A stretch of 64,000 nucleotides of DNA from Octopus vulgaris (Eukaryota): NCBI GenBank assembly GCA_951406725.2, contig OX597817.1:102982001-103046000 (forward strand). The letters are read 5' to 3'. The notes under the pieces were generated by a model. It ran no database searches and was not told the origin of the DNA. It saw nothing but the letters and a program-made list of their open reading frames with translations. The translations under genes were made by a program, and so were the position numbers. Positions within the stretch are counted from its first letter, which is position 1. Each line of letters opens with the position of its first letter. Positions 28,862-43,513 of this stretch are shown here, piece after piece.

Positions 28862-30512
28862 TTATTACCTCTGCCTTCGCTAGGCAGAGGTGTTGTTTTC
28901 AGTCGTGTTTGTTTGTTTGTTTGTCTGTGGACAAGATATCTTAAAAAACGCTGGATAGATTCGGATGGAATTTTCAGGGATGTTTGGCCTCGTGACTGGC
29001 ACAAACTAATTAGATTTTGGGATCGATCTGGTCCCGGACAAGGATTCTGGATTATTTGTTATATTTACTTTACATGAAGTATTACGATCTTATGTTGACT
29101 TTCAAGTCTTTCTCTGATAATTCCCCTTGAAAGCACGCTCATGGTTTCCACTAAGCTATGGCGGCGTTGCTGTTTCCAAAGTTTTATTTTCGTTTCTCTA
29201 TTACTAATTATACTCACGTTTCTATATTAGTAGAAATTGATGGATAAAGAAATCAAACTACATAAACAAACGGCAGCGAAAACTTTCAGAAATTAAATAA
29301 CTAACATATTCAGTAACATTAATGAATTTAATTTATCCTAGACAATTTTTAGTTTTACCAATTTTGAAAATATCGCTCCTGTTTAAAACCTCTTACCTAC
29401 TTGACAATTGCTTTTCTAGCTCTGCTTTGAAGGAAGCTTTATTTCTTGGACTTACGTTTTTGTGCACAACGATGTTAAACCTCCGTTAACAGCACCGTAT
29501 GCAGCACCTTTCCGTTTTCTTTCACGCACGGATAAATTTTTCACTATAGACCTCAACGATCGTAAAGACACTATATCAGTGGATAGACTAAAAAAAGGCC
29601 TTCATAGAGAAAATTGTCCCTGTTCCCACTGCAGACGGCACAAAGCAAGGAAAGACGGAGAGGGCAAAAGCGATACAAAGTGCGTTAGAGACATAGAAAA
29701 GGAAGTAAAGATGAAAAAAGACAGAACAAAAGCGGCAAAGGAGGGGAGTGACGGGTTTGTCAGCCGGAAAAGGAGAAAGAAGGTGAAGTCAAGGGAACAC
29801 TCGCAGGGACCAACAACAGAAACCGAGAGGACGCCCCCAAAAGGTTGAGAGCCGCCTAAACTTAAGCATACGCATGCAGTAGAGACAAAACCAAGAGAAA
29901 AAGAAAGCAATAAGAAATTCTTGATCATCATCGAAAAGAGTGTGGAGGTAGAAAGAAGAATATCAAAGCGGAAAGGACTAGTGAGGGTGAAGCTGCTCAG
30001 AGAGAATTTCGAGGAGAATGAAAAGCGTATTTTGGTGAATGAAGAGAGATACGATGTGTTCATCGATTCATATGGTGAATTGGTGACTATGAATGACGGG
30101 CTGTGGGTGCATGACGCTCTACCGCCCGTAGTGGAATATGAAGAGTTGAGAAAATTGGAGACGCAATATATATGAATAATATAAAAAAGAAGTGATGAAA
30201 ATGTGAACTTTTTGTTTAAAAAAAAAAGGAAAAAAGAGGAAAAACTGTCCAAAATTATGTCTAAATGTCCACTCGACTTCGGGGGTCGAGTGGGCATTGT
30301 GCCTCATTTTACCATTATTCATAATTTCATTCGTTTCTTTTTATTTTTTCTTCCTTGCTCGATTTCTTTTTTATATCTTTATTTCCCTAATTTTATGTTT
30401 TGTATTGTCTTTTGTATTGTATAAACCTCTATATTTAGCCCCTTGTGGACAATAAAATAAACGATGACGTTGGTGTTCCCTTGGCGGAGGTTTGCGCTCC
30501 CCGAGTGCTCTT
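28862..30512 (+). mobile_element. Helentron/HINE-like element with internal cargo
   Basis: 5' ttattACCTCTGCC-ttcgcta-GGCAGAGGT hairpin plus (GTTT)n; 3' GGCGGAGGT sub-TIR plus GCGCTC-ccc-GAGTGC stem-loop and T-rich end. Confidence 0.75.
29450..29610 (+). pseudogene. Gypsy integrase C-terminal (GPY/F) fragment
   Basis: VKPPLTAPYAAPFRFLSRTDKFFTIDLNDRKDTISVDRLKK; homologous to the Gypsy segment at 55150-55290. Confidence 0.75.
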
Positions 30513-31985
30513 ATCATTGTTACTCTTTTCTTGGTTGCTGTGGTTTTGTTTTCATATTTTAATTGCTTAATGGGTGCTTTGTACGGTAATATTTGTAGCT
30601 CACGTTCCACAAGTGTAAAACACATTTCAAAGATTGGATCCAGTTCCGGGTTGGTCTATATCCCAAATCATTAAATTATTCACTTTACATCTCCTGACGT
30701 ACTTAAATTTATAATACACATACAACGTAAAAATTTCCATTCAAATTATAGAATAATTTGATATTTGATTAGTAACTTAATCGCAACGCTGTGCTGTATA
30801 TTTCCCTTCTATTTCTGGGTGACTCATTGCTTGATCAACATTGATTTTAGCAAACAAGCAAAGTTTCTATTCAAGTTCGTAAATAAATTTATATTCTGTG
30901 AATTTTTCTTTAAAATCGCGATTTTATAAAGATTTCACACATTTTGTAATCAAGTGTGAGATGACAGGATAAAATGATTCATAGCCTTAATATGATCTGT
31001 TAAAGAAAAAAGAAAACTGCCACTGTTCTAAATTGAGTTGTTTTCACAGCTACACTTTATTTTAAATGCCTCACTTTACTTTGATGTTATGAACTTGTTC
31101 GAAAATTACTTGTAATAGACAAGTATTTTGCCTAGGGATTGGAAGGGACTTGAAGAGACAGCACCTCTGTTGTCCTGAAGCGTGTTTGAGAGCGACTTCA
31201 TAACGACCAGACGAATACTGTGATCGATTTTGCCTTTCATCCTTCGAGCTCAATAAAATATGCACCAGTTGAGCACTGGGGTCGATGTTATCAACTAGAT
31301 CCATCCCACCAAATTTCAGGCCCAGTGCTTATAACAGAAACAGTTATAACATTAAACTTAAGTCTATATCTGACCTACTGGTGCTAATAAAGTGAATACC
31401 ACATACCAGTTAAAGACTAATTAAACCAGTTATTGCAGCTGCTGCTACTGAAGTCGCTGCTGTTGGTTTACAGATATTTCCGCAACCAGGGCTTTTAATT
31501 CTGCTGGCCCACTTCATCTAACTACAAATAGATACGTTGTAGCAATGCATACGAAAAACGAGTAACCGACAAATATTGCGTTGTAATGCTAAACTTATAA
31601 TATCATCATTAGCCTGGCCAAGTTAGTCAACAAAACCTATTGATGGATGGCTCTGAATAAAAAACAAAAAGAAATCTAGTAACTGATTCTGTCCAACTCC
31701 CAACATATGTTAACTGATTAATTGTTGTTCTAATTGCGTGAAAACTAATTAGGTGTCATTATATGACCCACAAGGGCATTGGGTTGGTAAAAATGACACA
31801 TTTTAAACAGCATAATATTTTACATATCGCTTAGCTTACATTCATTTGAAATGAGACTCAGTAATTTCTATTATGGATTCTTTATCGAATACATACATTT
31901 CAGTCTCATACATAAATTTGCAAGCTTGTTTTATTCACTTAAACTATGCGCGAGTTAAATATGTTGAGTTTATTGAGTGCTAATA

Positions 31986-32870
31986 TACGAGGGAAGCCAA
32001 AAAGTATCCGCACTTTCGCTAAAACTTTCTTTAAGTTGGTTGCACTATGTGCCTTCTGCACTAGGTGGTACTCTTGGAGTTATGTAACTGAGGGTTGACC
32101 TTGATCGCTCCAGTTTTCTTTCTTGTGTTACATAGTAAGCATGGCCGTTCCGCTGGCAGTGTGCACTAAGGAAGAACAGAGATCAGTGATCCGATCTCTC
32201 TAGCCTGAAAGTTTGTTAGAGGCTGAAATTCATCGCAGGCTTTCAGTACAATACGGGACAACGCTCTACCCAGTAGAAATGTGAATAAGTGAATCGAGAA
32301 GTTCAAAAATGGCCAGACAAGCTTGAAGCACGAAGAGAAAGCAGGACGCCCATCAACCTCCACCACTGACGTGAAGATTCAACAAGCTCGAGAGATGGTT
32401 CTGGCGAACCGACCAGTGACTATCAATGAGGTGGTGTGTTCTCTGCAAATTAAACATGGCTCTGCATAGATCATCGACGACAAGTTGCGTTTCGTAAAGT
32501 CTATGTGAGATAGGTGCCAAGAAAGCTTACCGAAGTGCATAAGCCTGAAGATGTGTCAACGCTTACTCAACAGCTACAACGGTGCAAACGAAGCTTTCTT
32601 CGAGAGAATAGTCACAGGAAATGACACCTGGGCCCATCACTTTGAGTGAGAATCCAAAAGGCAGAGTATGGAGTGGAAACACCTGGAACCGCTAGTGAAA
32701 AAAAACAAAACAAGATTCAACCTTCCGCAGAAAAATTGATGCTAACCATTTCTTGGACGCAAAAGGTCTTATACTGGGACATTATTTGGAAAGGAGGTTT
32801 ACAGTCACCAGTGTAGGATACAAAGAAATGCTAGCCAACAGACTGAAACAAGCAATTCGCATGCCCACAC
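31986..32870 (+). mobile_element. mariner transposon remnant
   Basis: TA + tacgagggaagccaaaaagt end; decayed EEQRSVIR, GRPSTS, VPRKLT, RIVTGNDTW, SMEWKH motifs. Confidence 0.85.
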
Positions 32871-33919
32871 CGTTGGGCATCTCAGTGCAAAAAGGGTAAG
32901 ATAATGGGCCCAGAACTTGTTTGACAATGTGGATTCAGTTTCGAATCCTAGCCTAGGTATTCTGTAGCTGTCTATTATACATGTATGTGGCTATGTGTGT
33001 GTGCCTGTGTTCCCCTGCCCCATCACTACTTGACAATCGCTGTTGGTTTTTTACATCCCAGTGATTTACAGTTTGGCAAAAAAGACCGATAGAATAAGTA
33101 CTGGGTCGATTCGTTTGACTAAAACCCTGGCCGCAGTTCAATGACTGAAACAAGTAAAAGATAAAAGACAAAGCCTTTCTCAAAGCCATGGCTACCAAAG
33201 TGAAGCATTTACAATATAGAATCAAAAGAAGTTCGGAGAATCGGCTCGTCGGTAGAGCTTCCTTCCACTCTCCAGTATTTCCTGCGATAACGGGGACATT
33301 ATTAATTGATAAGGAGACTTTGTAACTGTTCACCCGGCAACCTTATATCATTAGCTTTGATAAAGTTCAAACGAAATTAATCAGCGAAAACAAAACAAGC
33401 TTGGCGATAACAAACCCACAATAAAAATAAAAGTATTTTTATTAGAGGTGATACTAATTATGTAAAAAGCATATATAATTTATTCAATGTTAATTATATT
33501 CTTTCTTCCTGCGGCATCAGGACGGCGAATGACGTCTGGTGATTTCCTTAACAAATGCCATATTCTTATTATAGGATTTTCATTTTTTTTTTTTTTTGCT
33601 TTGTTTTTAATATATAAAGATGGTTTAGAGAGTGGCAAGCTGGCAGAATCGTTAGCACGCCGGAGAAAACGCTTAGAGGCATTTCGTTCGTCTTTACGTT
33701 CTGGGTTCAAATTCCGCCTTGGATGCTTTTAGAAATTCACACTGAGAAAACCGCCAGGCCAAGTTTCCAACTGAAACAGTAATTTCTTCCTTCCCTGCTG
33801 CCAGTCTCAGGGTTACTGACAAAGCATATTGCGATAGACGCTACCCGTCTCTCCTTGACTAAACAGCAAAACAAATTCTTTTTATTTCAAGAACTGTTAG
33901 GATAGGTATTATCAATATT

Positions 33920-34128
33920 GATCTCAAATTTTGGCTCAAGACTAGCAAGTTTGGGGGAGAGGATAAGTCGATTGCATCGACCCCAGTGCTCAACTGGTAC
34001 TTGCTTTATCGACCCCCGAAAGGATGAAAGGAAAAATCGACTCGTTGGAATTTGAACTCAGAACTTAAAGACGAACGAAATGCCGTTAAGCATTTTGCCC
34101 GGCGTGCTAACGATTCTGCCAGCTCGCT
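33920..34128 (-). mobile_element. SINE (family C)
   Basis: GAGCTGGCAGAATCGTTAGCACGCCGG head; related copies at 33630-33722, 60697-60905 and 63385-63535 (+). Confidence 0.75.
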
Positions 34129-34636
34129 CCCTTTTTATACACACTGAGATACAAAAACAACAATAGATGCAATGGTTAAAAAAAAGTTGAGCCAACATCC
34201 ATTCCATTGCATTAAATCTGTACTCATTATAGCCTTGAATATTGTCATATCAGTACTTCAGGAAATACAATGTTTTTCGTATTACCATCACAATCGCAGT
34301 ATCGTGGTTTCGATTCTCGATAAAGACAGACAGATAGATAGATAGAACTCTCAGGTAAAGCAATACTAATAACCTGGTGTTAATACTCAATATGTATATG
34401 CTCCAAAACAAAAACCCGTTACTCGAGTACAGAGTGTAGTAAGAGATCATATAAATGACTAGGGGACATGCAATTATATAATAAACTTCATTAACTTACA
34501 GTTGTTTCTGCTATAAGATGCAATGCACTCATACTTGTGTGCATTGCATTATGTATCACCTTACAGCTTTGTCGGAGCTTCAGAAGTGAAGTTCATTGCA
34601 TAATTTCTTGTTCTCTTGTCATTTATAGAATCTCTT

Positions 34637-34685
<49 letters not shown>

Positions 34686-37600
34686 CCAGAGAGATGGAGA
34701 AAACGAGACCACTTCATTTCCAAAAGAGCGCATTTTAACTGAAACTAAAAATTTAAGCAATATTTTTTCTTCTTTGAAATATTTGGCATCTAGGGCATGT
34801 GCCCCTACCTGCCACACCCTAGTCAGGCCATTGTAATGAAGTTGAAAAAGTGCATTTACAACCAACTTATAAAACATCCTTGAAATGGGCGGTATATCTT
34901 ATATTCTATCAAATTGGTAATTGATATGTTGAATTCATTCTTACTTTAATACTTGTTCCAATTCACAAAGAGTGACAACATTTGAAAATATTTTATAGTT
35001 TGAATGCCCTAATTCTGTTGGGATAGCATTTTTAGTAAAATATAAAAGTATATAAATAAATAAAATCAGTAATGAAAGGTCAGGCAGTTTTAATCTTTGG
35101 AGGGAAATAGCTTTTAGCGAATTGCAAAGGATATAAATACTTTCGGTTAACTCGATCAGCATAATGAAAACAATCTACAAAATCTTTAATACGATATGTT
35201 TTTCACTGTTGACGAACAGCTGAATGGAAAGTTCCATTGTAAATAATTGAGTGACATAAGTACTCCCCATCTTGTCACAAAAGCGGCCAGCTATTGTTTC
35301 GAGTCGAGTAAATTATGACAAATTTATCGATGAAGTCAATGTCAGTATTTTAATATTACTTTATTGAAGTAAAACGAGGAAAATCTCGCAGCTAAATGAA
35401 TACACTTGCAAATGGGTATCATATTCCAACTTTTTAACTATTTCTTCACTAAAGTAAGAATTGGTTTGTACGTCCCCTTCCCCAAGCCCTAATAATTACT
35501 ATATAGTAACATATCAAACCTTACAACCGTCTTGCATTGAATTTCAATGGCTCAGACTGTCTTTTCATGTTGCGAACATCGACGTTTCAAGATCATTGTC
35601 GAGACATTTTGTGTATGAAAAGATGTAGTGTTTATATATGTAAGTGAGAGAGGGGAGAGAAAGAGAGAGATTGCTATTTTTGTGTTGCGAATATAAACGG
35701 GTTCAACCACTACAAAATATCACCATGTGAATATCATAATTTGGAATAAAACGTTCCATGCAGTAAAGACCTTCTCAAATCAGTTGTTTATAACACATTC
35801 TGACCTTCTATCGTTTGGTTTTGCAAAGTCTCGACATAACATAAAGTGTAGTATATGCAATAACATTGGCATAAGACAGCTCTTTAACATCTGAAAAATT
35901 TTCACGAAAGAGGCTCTGTGGTTTATTACAAAATCTCAGTATATCGAAGCAATCAGCTGAACTTTTAGCATCTTGGTTTGTGCTTGCTAACCTGGTTACA
36001 CAATCCAATAGTTGGCAACTTTAGATTACAGGTAGACAGGGCCGTCTTAGAAACATTATAAGTTGCCCGGGCAAAGTAACGAACTGAGACCTATAATATT
36101 TACCGTATTATCTGGCATACAAGTTGAATTTTCCAGACCAAAACGTACAGCCAAAAGAAAGTAGGTTGACATATATAGAAAGACAACATTGGAGAACCAT
36201 AAAATCTATGCGAAATGCAGCAGAATTAGTGACGAAGTCTGAATGTTTACTCTACATGTTTACACTATATACTACATTCGATTTGTATTACGGATAATAC
36301 GGTATCTGTTGACAACAAGTCACATTATACACGGATCAGGACAAGTGTATGATGTGAGTAATTGCCCAGTGTGCTCATTCTTAAGTCGGCACTGCTTGTG
36401 GATGGTAGAAACATGCTGGGGATGATGAGAATATACGTAAGCAATGGTATATTTCCGGTATATTTCGCCATTTCCTAAACTTCTTTTTGCAGACGATCGG
36501 AAAATTTTGCGATAGTTAAATAGGAGATTGTTTTGAACGTGTCTAATTAGGGTGTGATGGAAGGAAGACTCGTTTTATTAGGCCTAAATCTTTGTTTTAA
36601 TTTGGTATTGGTAAAGGCTACTGTCCAATGTGTATGATAATAGAATGAAACTAAATATGCAGATAGTGAAATAAAATTGAAAATACCTGATTCTCCTCAA
36701 ACTCCGAATGATCTACTTGTGACTTTATTTATTTTTCAAATTTTGAGCATTTTCTTTGCCTGTTATTATCTGTTTCACTATTCTGTGTATATATATTGGA
36801 GTCGTTGGAGGCCTGCCACATTCTAAACGCGAGTATAATTTTACCGAGATTGTCGCTCGGTTATCAACCTTCTGATGCGATCCAGTTTCTTAGCATTCAC
36901 GGTTATTTTATAGTTTATGGTTTTCATTTTTTTTTCAGCTTTATTCAATTTCTTTTTATTGCCAAGGATATCGGACTCTATAGAGTCAAATATATTGGAC
37001 TTGGACCATTAACATCGTGATAGCGACAAGGCCTCATGGCAATTGCTTTTTGACGTTTAATTTTTAATGGTTGCATTTAATTTTGTAATTTCGATGTTTT
37101 AGAATTTTCTTGAATCTAGATTTGAAAATTCTAGCTCTAGAAAGATTCAGATTTACATCTGCATAGTTATTTGGCCCCAGTGACATTTGATTTGCCCTAT
37201 AAAATTATATAATGACTCTACTTAATATATTGAATTCTATTTCACTCTTTAAACGAAATGCTTTTAGGTTCCCATTTGTACAGAGATAGGCGCAATCCTC
37301 TGGCTCGTCGGCTCCTGTCCAACCGTTCAACTCATGCTAGCATGGAAAACGGACGTTGAACGATGAGTATAATATATAACTGCAATGTCTACTTCGGCAT
37401 GGTTTCTGCGAGGTGTGGGGGGGGGGTTCTAATGCCAACCTCTCCATGGAGTGTACTGGGTTCGTTCTTATATAGCACCGGGCACAAGTGAGGTTACCAA
37501 ATAATTCGCAAGATAAATTCCCTCAACTGAGGGAAGTGCAGCATTGAGAGAGGTAAAAAGTATGATAAAGTGATAGAAGCATGTGTCTTGTAGTAAAAGG

Positions 37601-38239
37601 AGACGCATGGCTACCCCAGGTGAAAAAAAAGAGAAGGTGGTGAAAAGGTGTCAGGTCACACTCTTAAGGTATGGGAAGGTGAACATAAGAGAAATGGCCC
37701 AGAGGATTGGAAGTGTGAATCGGTAAGATCGGGAGAGTGCGAAAGGATAGAGATGGAGACGGAGAATGAATGCAGTGGATTGTGAACACGAGTGGGGTCA
37801 ATGGTGAATATCAGTTTGGAAGAGAGTAAGTGAAAGATATAGGATTGGGCCCGTCAGGTGACAAGTGTTAGCACATGTTATGTGGAGTGTGAGAGAGATG
37901 CACAGGGTCGGGGACTAGGTCAGAGGTACATAGGAGGTGAAAGGGGTATTCAGAAGAGAATAAGGTGGCATGAGAGGATACTGAGAATGAGAGAAAAACA
38001 GTAAGTGGATCCAGAGAGCGTGAATAGGAGCGCGAAAACGTAAGGGATAAAATATTGCTCTATAACATATACGACAGAGGAAGACCTTTTATCATAAGTT
38101 TGTTAGAATATATCATTTCCAGAAGTAAAATCCTAAAGTTATATGAAAATTTCCAGGTTTAAGGCTGAGTATTTTATTAACTATGGTTTGCATTTACAGA
38201 GACTATAATTACTGCATTTAATAATAATAATAAATATAT

Positions 38240-38570
38240 CATATCTTTTACTTGTTAGTCATTTAACTGCGGTCACGCTGGAGCACTGCATTCAAGAATT
38301 TTTTAGTCGGATGAATCGATCCCAGTACTTCATAATTACACCAACACCAGTTGTCAAGCGCTGGTGGAGGACAAACACAGATACAAAGACACACACACAC
38401 ACACATATTTATAGACACACACACACGACAGGCTTCATTCAGTTTCCGTCTACTAAATCCGCTCACAAGGTTTTGGTTGGCTCGGGGCTATTGTAAAAGA
38501 CACTTGCCAAGCTGCTACGTTGTGGGACTGAACCCGGAACCATGTGGTTGGGAAGTAACATTTTTACCAT
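38240..38570 (-). mobile_element. family-B SINE
   Basis: Reverse-complement match to 12320..12731. Confidence 0.8.
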
Positions 38571-39250
38571 ATAGCCTGGTTTCTATATGCCAAGGTAAGC
38601 CTATATATTACATGATTTCGTGTACAAAAAGAAATTTTACTTAATTATATGCTTCTGAAATTGGGGTTTGTCTCACATACCCCTGCGCTTTTTACGTCAT
38701 CAAATCTAGTAGGTTGGACAACGCCTCCTCATCTTTTATTTTAAAGATTGGACTCAGTGGTACTCAACCGGGGTCCCTTGAGAGTCTATATAAGATTTTG
38801 TTGTTAAAATTTATGTGCAATAAACTGGTTATATTTCTACAATACATACAATATTTAAACAATTTTCTTATACAGTTCCTAGTAATATTTAATATTTAAT
38901 CATAAAAATATAACAGGAGTGTTTAGACATCGAATGGCAGAGTGTCCGCCCCCCGAGTAAAAGAGGAATTAACAGGGTCTATAGGCAAAAAATGGTTGAA
39001 AACCACTGGATTGGAGAATCATAAGAATGCTTGTCATACCCATTATTTTGACCGTCTTTCTATCGCTGTGTGTGTGTGTGTGTGGCGTAGCTAAAATAAT
39101 ATTGCTAGTAGTTAAGTTGTTAATTTGCTTATGTTTTTTTTCCTCTTTTCTTTTTAAACGAATGCCTGACCCTAACCCCACCCTAACATTCGCAGAACTC
39201 AAAACCGAAAAGAAATTTCAGAAAGAGAAAAATCAAAAAAACTCTCTTAC

Positions 39251-39308
39251 CTGTAGCACAATACAAAACCAAAGGTAAAAATATTTTCCATTCAATACGG
39301 TCGAACAT
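39251..39308 (-). CDS. CYYR1/Shisa-like (STMC6) gene, coding exon 1 (signal peptide)
   Basis: ATG at 39308; MFDRIEWKIFLPLVLYCAT plus 1 nt, then donor ACAG|gtaaga. Phase 1 joins exon 2 to give ...CATGLA-DD, a plausible signal-peptidase site. Confidence 0.85.
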
Positions 39309-40109
39309 ATTCGTGCGATTTCAGTTATATTGCTATAAACAAAACACTTGGTTAAATAATCGAACCACCCACAAACGCGGAACCACGTGAATACGTGTAT
39401 ATCAATGGAAATACGTCCAAAGTACCAAGTTCTCGACATACTATACCCTTCTCTCTCTTCCTCACTTTCACCTACTTTATCTCTGTTTAAGACGTTGCCG
39501 TCAACAGAAAAGATAGACGGCTAAAGCCAATTATTTACTGTATTTAGTTTCATATCTCCGTGTTGCTCTGCTTTGTCTTTCACCCTCCCTTACCAATAGT
39601 ATTACTAATTGAATTCAACTGTACAAAAGTTTTATGCCTTGTCAAACGCGAACACACACGTGCTCTTTCTCCCCTTCTCTCTTTCTCCCTCACACACACA
39701 TACATCACAATCTGAAATATTTTCATCACTTTTACTTATGTTCGCTCTTTCCTCCTCCCCAATTATTTCATTATTTTTCTCTTTCTGTGCTTATTCCCTA
39801 TTCAAACCAACAAACTTGGCGTAAACATCAGGTCAGTGAAAAACTTCGTAAAAATGCTTCAACATCTTGATATTTTAATTCCAATAATTTTTTCAGGATA
39901 TCTCTATAGATTTACATAATAAAAAAGGATTTTTAATCAATTGCTTTGTAATCAAGTGGACCAAATATCTATTAACATTAATGACAGTTATCAAATTTGA
40001 TCAGACATGACAATATGGATATGTACTCGCTGTTGATATACATATATCATCATCATCATCATCACCATCATTATCATCATCGTTTAACGCCCGCCTTCCA
40101 TGCTGGCAT

Positions 40110-40169
<60 letters not shown>

Positions 40170-40296
40170 ATTAGAGATGAAACCACTATTAGGCAAATCA
40201 AACAATGAAAAACATAAGCCAATACATAAAATAAATTTAATTTATATTATTTTAAATATATATCAAAAGTATTAAAAGTTTAATAAAAGATAAAGA

Positions 40297-40356
<60 letters not shown>

Positions 40357-40912
40357 GTAAACAGTAAAAAATAAATACAGACATGGACAAGAACATGAAA
40401 CACCAAAGAGACGACACAAGAACCACAGGACGGGACATTCGAAGCCCTCAGTCATCAGTCAAGAACCAGATCATCTTCGCAATTTCGGCTGATTAATCTT
40501 GAGATTGCTCCGATCTGGGCAGCCCCCAAAGGAAAATCTAAGCCAAGCGCATTAGATCCCTTGGAAGAAAGCTTCGAATGTATACAACACGAGGACGGAA
40601 AACGAACGAAGTACACGAACAAAAATACAGAATACGTGACACCAATAAGAATACAAAAACGTAAAAACAATAACGGTAAAGATAAAAAACAAAACAAAAC
40701 CAGGACGTAGGACAAGGGTCTTTCGACAGGACGAGTTGAGTTGGGGCTGGCTTATGAAGTAGTGCCTAATATATATATATATATATTTTACGGAGATGTA
40801 CTCGCATAGCAAGTAATTTGATCTGAGATCGTGTGCTGAAACGAAAACAATTGCAGCGTGGAAGGTGTTTATAAGCCATTTAAGAAACACACAAAAGCCG
40901 TTCGATTCACTT

Positions 40913-41790
40913 CACGAGGGATACCCTAAAGTAACCGGAAACATTCTCTATGGGACAAGTCCGTTGTCGTTCAGGTTTCCGCTGCTAGAAGCCATTTGAT
41001 GCAACCCTCAGGTATCAGTTTTCCGACTGGCGGGGTGTGTCTTTATTTTGCAGTGCTCCTCCCCTGTTCGTCGATTTTTGCGATGGCTGAAACGAAGAAA
41101 CACCGTAATTCTGTTTTCTGCTGGGGGAAAACGGCTGCCGAAACAGTTGTCATGCTTCAAACAACTTACAAGGTCGCTGTTATGATCAAAACACAAGTTT
41201 AAGAGTGGTGTTCACGTTTTAGGAATGGCCACTCGTCGCTTAAGGACCAACCTCGTTCAGGGCGACCGTCGACTTCCCAAACGAATGAAAACATCATGAA
41301 GATTCATGATCTGATTTTGGAGGATCGTCACCGAACAGTTGACGAACCTGTTGATATGACTGGTGGGTCCTGGAACTCCTGCCAACGAATTTTGAGCGAG
41401 GAATTGTGAATTAAAAGAGTTGCAGTAAAACTTGTGCCTCGTTTGCTCACAGAAGATCAAAAGCAGTGACTACAGAATGCGTTTGGTGAACTGAAAGAAC
41501 ATTTGGAAGTTGATACGAACTTCTTTTTCGAAGGTAATCTCTGGTGACGAAAGCTGGTGCTACGGAATTTGCAGATGTAGAAGAGGTGAAGATAAAAAAC
41601 GACGGAGGCGTTAAAAGACATCACTTCGCAAGAGTTCCGACACTGCTTCCAACAGTGAAAAATGCGCCTGGACCGACGCATTGCTTCAAATGGAGAATAG
41701 TTTGAAGGCGATAAAAGTGTACACATATAAAATTAAGTGAATAAAATAAAATTGCAAAATTCCGGTTTTTTTCGGGCGCCCCTTCGCATA
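40913..41790 (+). mobile_element. internally deleted mariner element
   Basis: Imperfect TIRs cacgagggataccctaaagtaaccggaa / ttccggtttttttcgggcgccccttcgca; GKTAAET, RSGRPSTS, VPRLLTEDQK and YFEGD remnants. Confidence 0.85.
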
Positions 41791-41950
41791 TATACATATC
41801 ATTACTAAAACATATATCCGAAAGAGAAGCACATTCTAAGTTTTTGAGCAGTAATTAGATAAATATAGTTATGGCCAGTCTGTGGGGTTACGTGAAACCC
41901 AGGGTAACCCCTTAGCCCAGCCATAGTTAACTCTATCAACTGTGTCTGTG

Positions 41951-42022
<72 letters not shown>

Positions 42023-43441
42023 TTCGTACGTACGTATATATGTACATATGTATGTCACTGTATCATTTTATTAAGCACACAATCGGGTGTTGGTATATAC
42101 ACCGCGGGTCACAATGTGCTTCCATTGTTGTAACTTTCGAATGATGCCCCCCTCCCACTGGCTAGACGTGCAGGACAACATTCCTGTTGGACGGAAGACC
42201 AGTCTTTCGCAGGGTTACCCATTCACAGTTGAGTGGATCAACGTGAAGTGAAGTGTTTTGCTCAAGAACACAACGCCTCGCCGGTCTAGGAATCGAACCC
42301 GCTACCTTGCGATCATGAATGCAACAACCTATCAACTAATCCACGCGCCTTCACACACGCGCGCGGTGTGAAGTGGTTAAAATGTTTGTTTCTGTGATAC
42401 CGTGTTCGATCCCATTGTGCGACACTTTGGTCAAGAGTCTTTACCATAATCTCCAGTTGAACAATAACTTATGAGTGGAAAACGGGAGAAGGAATGTGTA
42501 TGTGCGTGTGTGTGTGTGTGTGTGTGTGCGCGTGGGGGTGAGAGAGAGAGCGGGGATAGAGAGGTCAGATCTCAGACAGCTTGGAACTCCGAAGGAAACA
42601 TAAATTTGGCAAGGGAGGGACAAAACTACTTTCGGACCCAGACATGGTGAGGATACTCTCAAAAGCCAAAATCCAAATCTGTCCCTCATCACATTTTTGT
42701 AAAGGGAAGAGCCCCACGCAGATACTCACGGAGCTCTCCTAAATTCTACGAATTGATGTACCGTCTCGGCCTTCCACTCATAGGACCTGCAAAGATCTGC
42801 CACTTGTTAACTTATAAGCTAACGCAACCCATGCATGGTCGAGTTGTCAGCAACTTAAGCGGCAATTACATGAGGTAACTGGGACATCCCTGCAATGAAA
42901 AATGAAAAACAAAACTTGTGAAGTAGCAGATGAACTTGAAAGAATCACCGACCTCCTAAAAAAATGTTTATTTGCATGTGGATATATATATATATATATA
43001 GACAATACAATGCTGCACAACAAATGACATAATTTGGGGCCACAAGAGATTTAACTGAGTCAGGATTCATGCAAACTTTCAAGATTCAAGGTTAGATTTA
43101 TAATCGGATTGACTATGTACTACCTGTGTCAAATGAATCACCAAAATTGGCCTTTGTTTACAATTTGTAACTATTTTTGGGTTATGAAATCAGTGTTTTT
43201 GAATTTCGTGTATTTACTTTATATACATATATGAGTTGAAAACTTTCTTTTAACATTTCACTTAACGTCTATGTTCTATGCTGGCATGGGTTGGAGAGTT
43301 ATTAATGTAGAAAGTTGGTATTTCAGCTACTAGCAGTTGAGACCTGCGTAATCTAGAGGGCGTTTTGAAATTTCATTATTGTCTTTAACCTGGGCAACAC
43401 CGGGTATTTCTGCTAGTATGTTTCTGTGTGTGTGTGTGTGT

Positions 43442-43513
<72 letters not shown>

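Noticed and set aside
40430-40465. Minus-strand CTGATGA...CGAAT in a Penelope-like terminal repeat
   Set aside because: GAAA is absent and the stems do not close.
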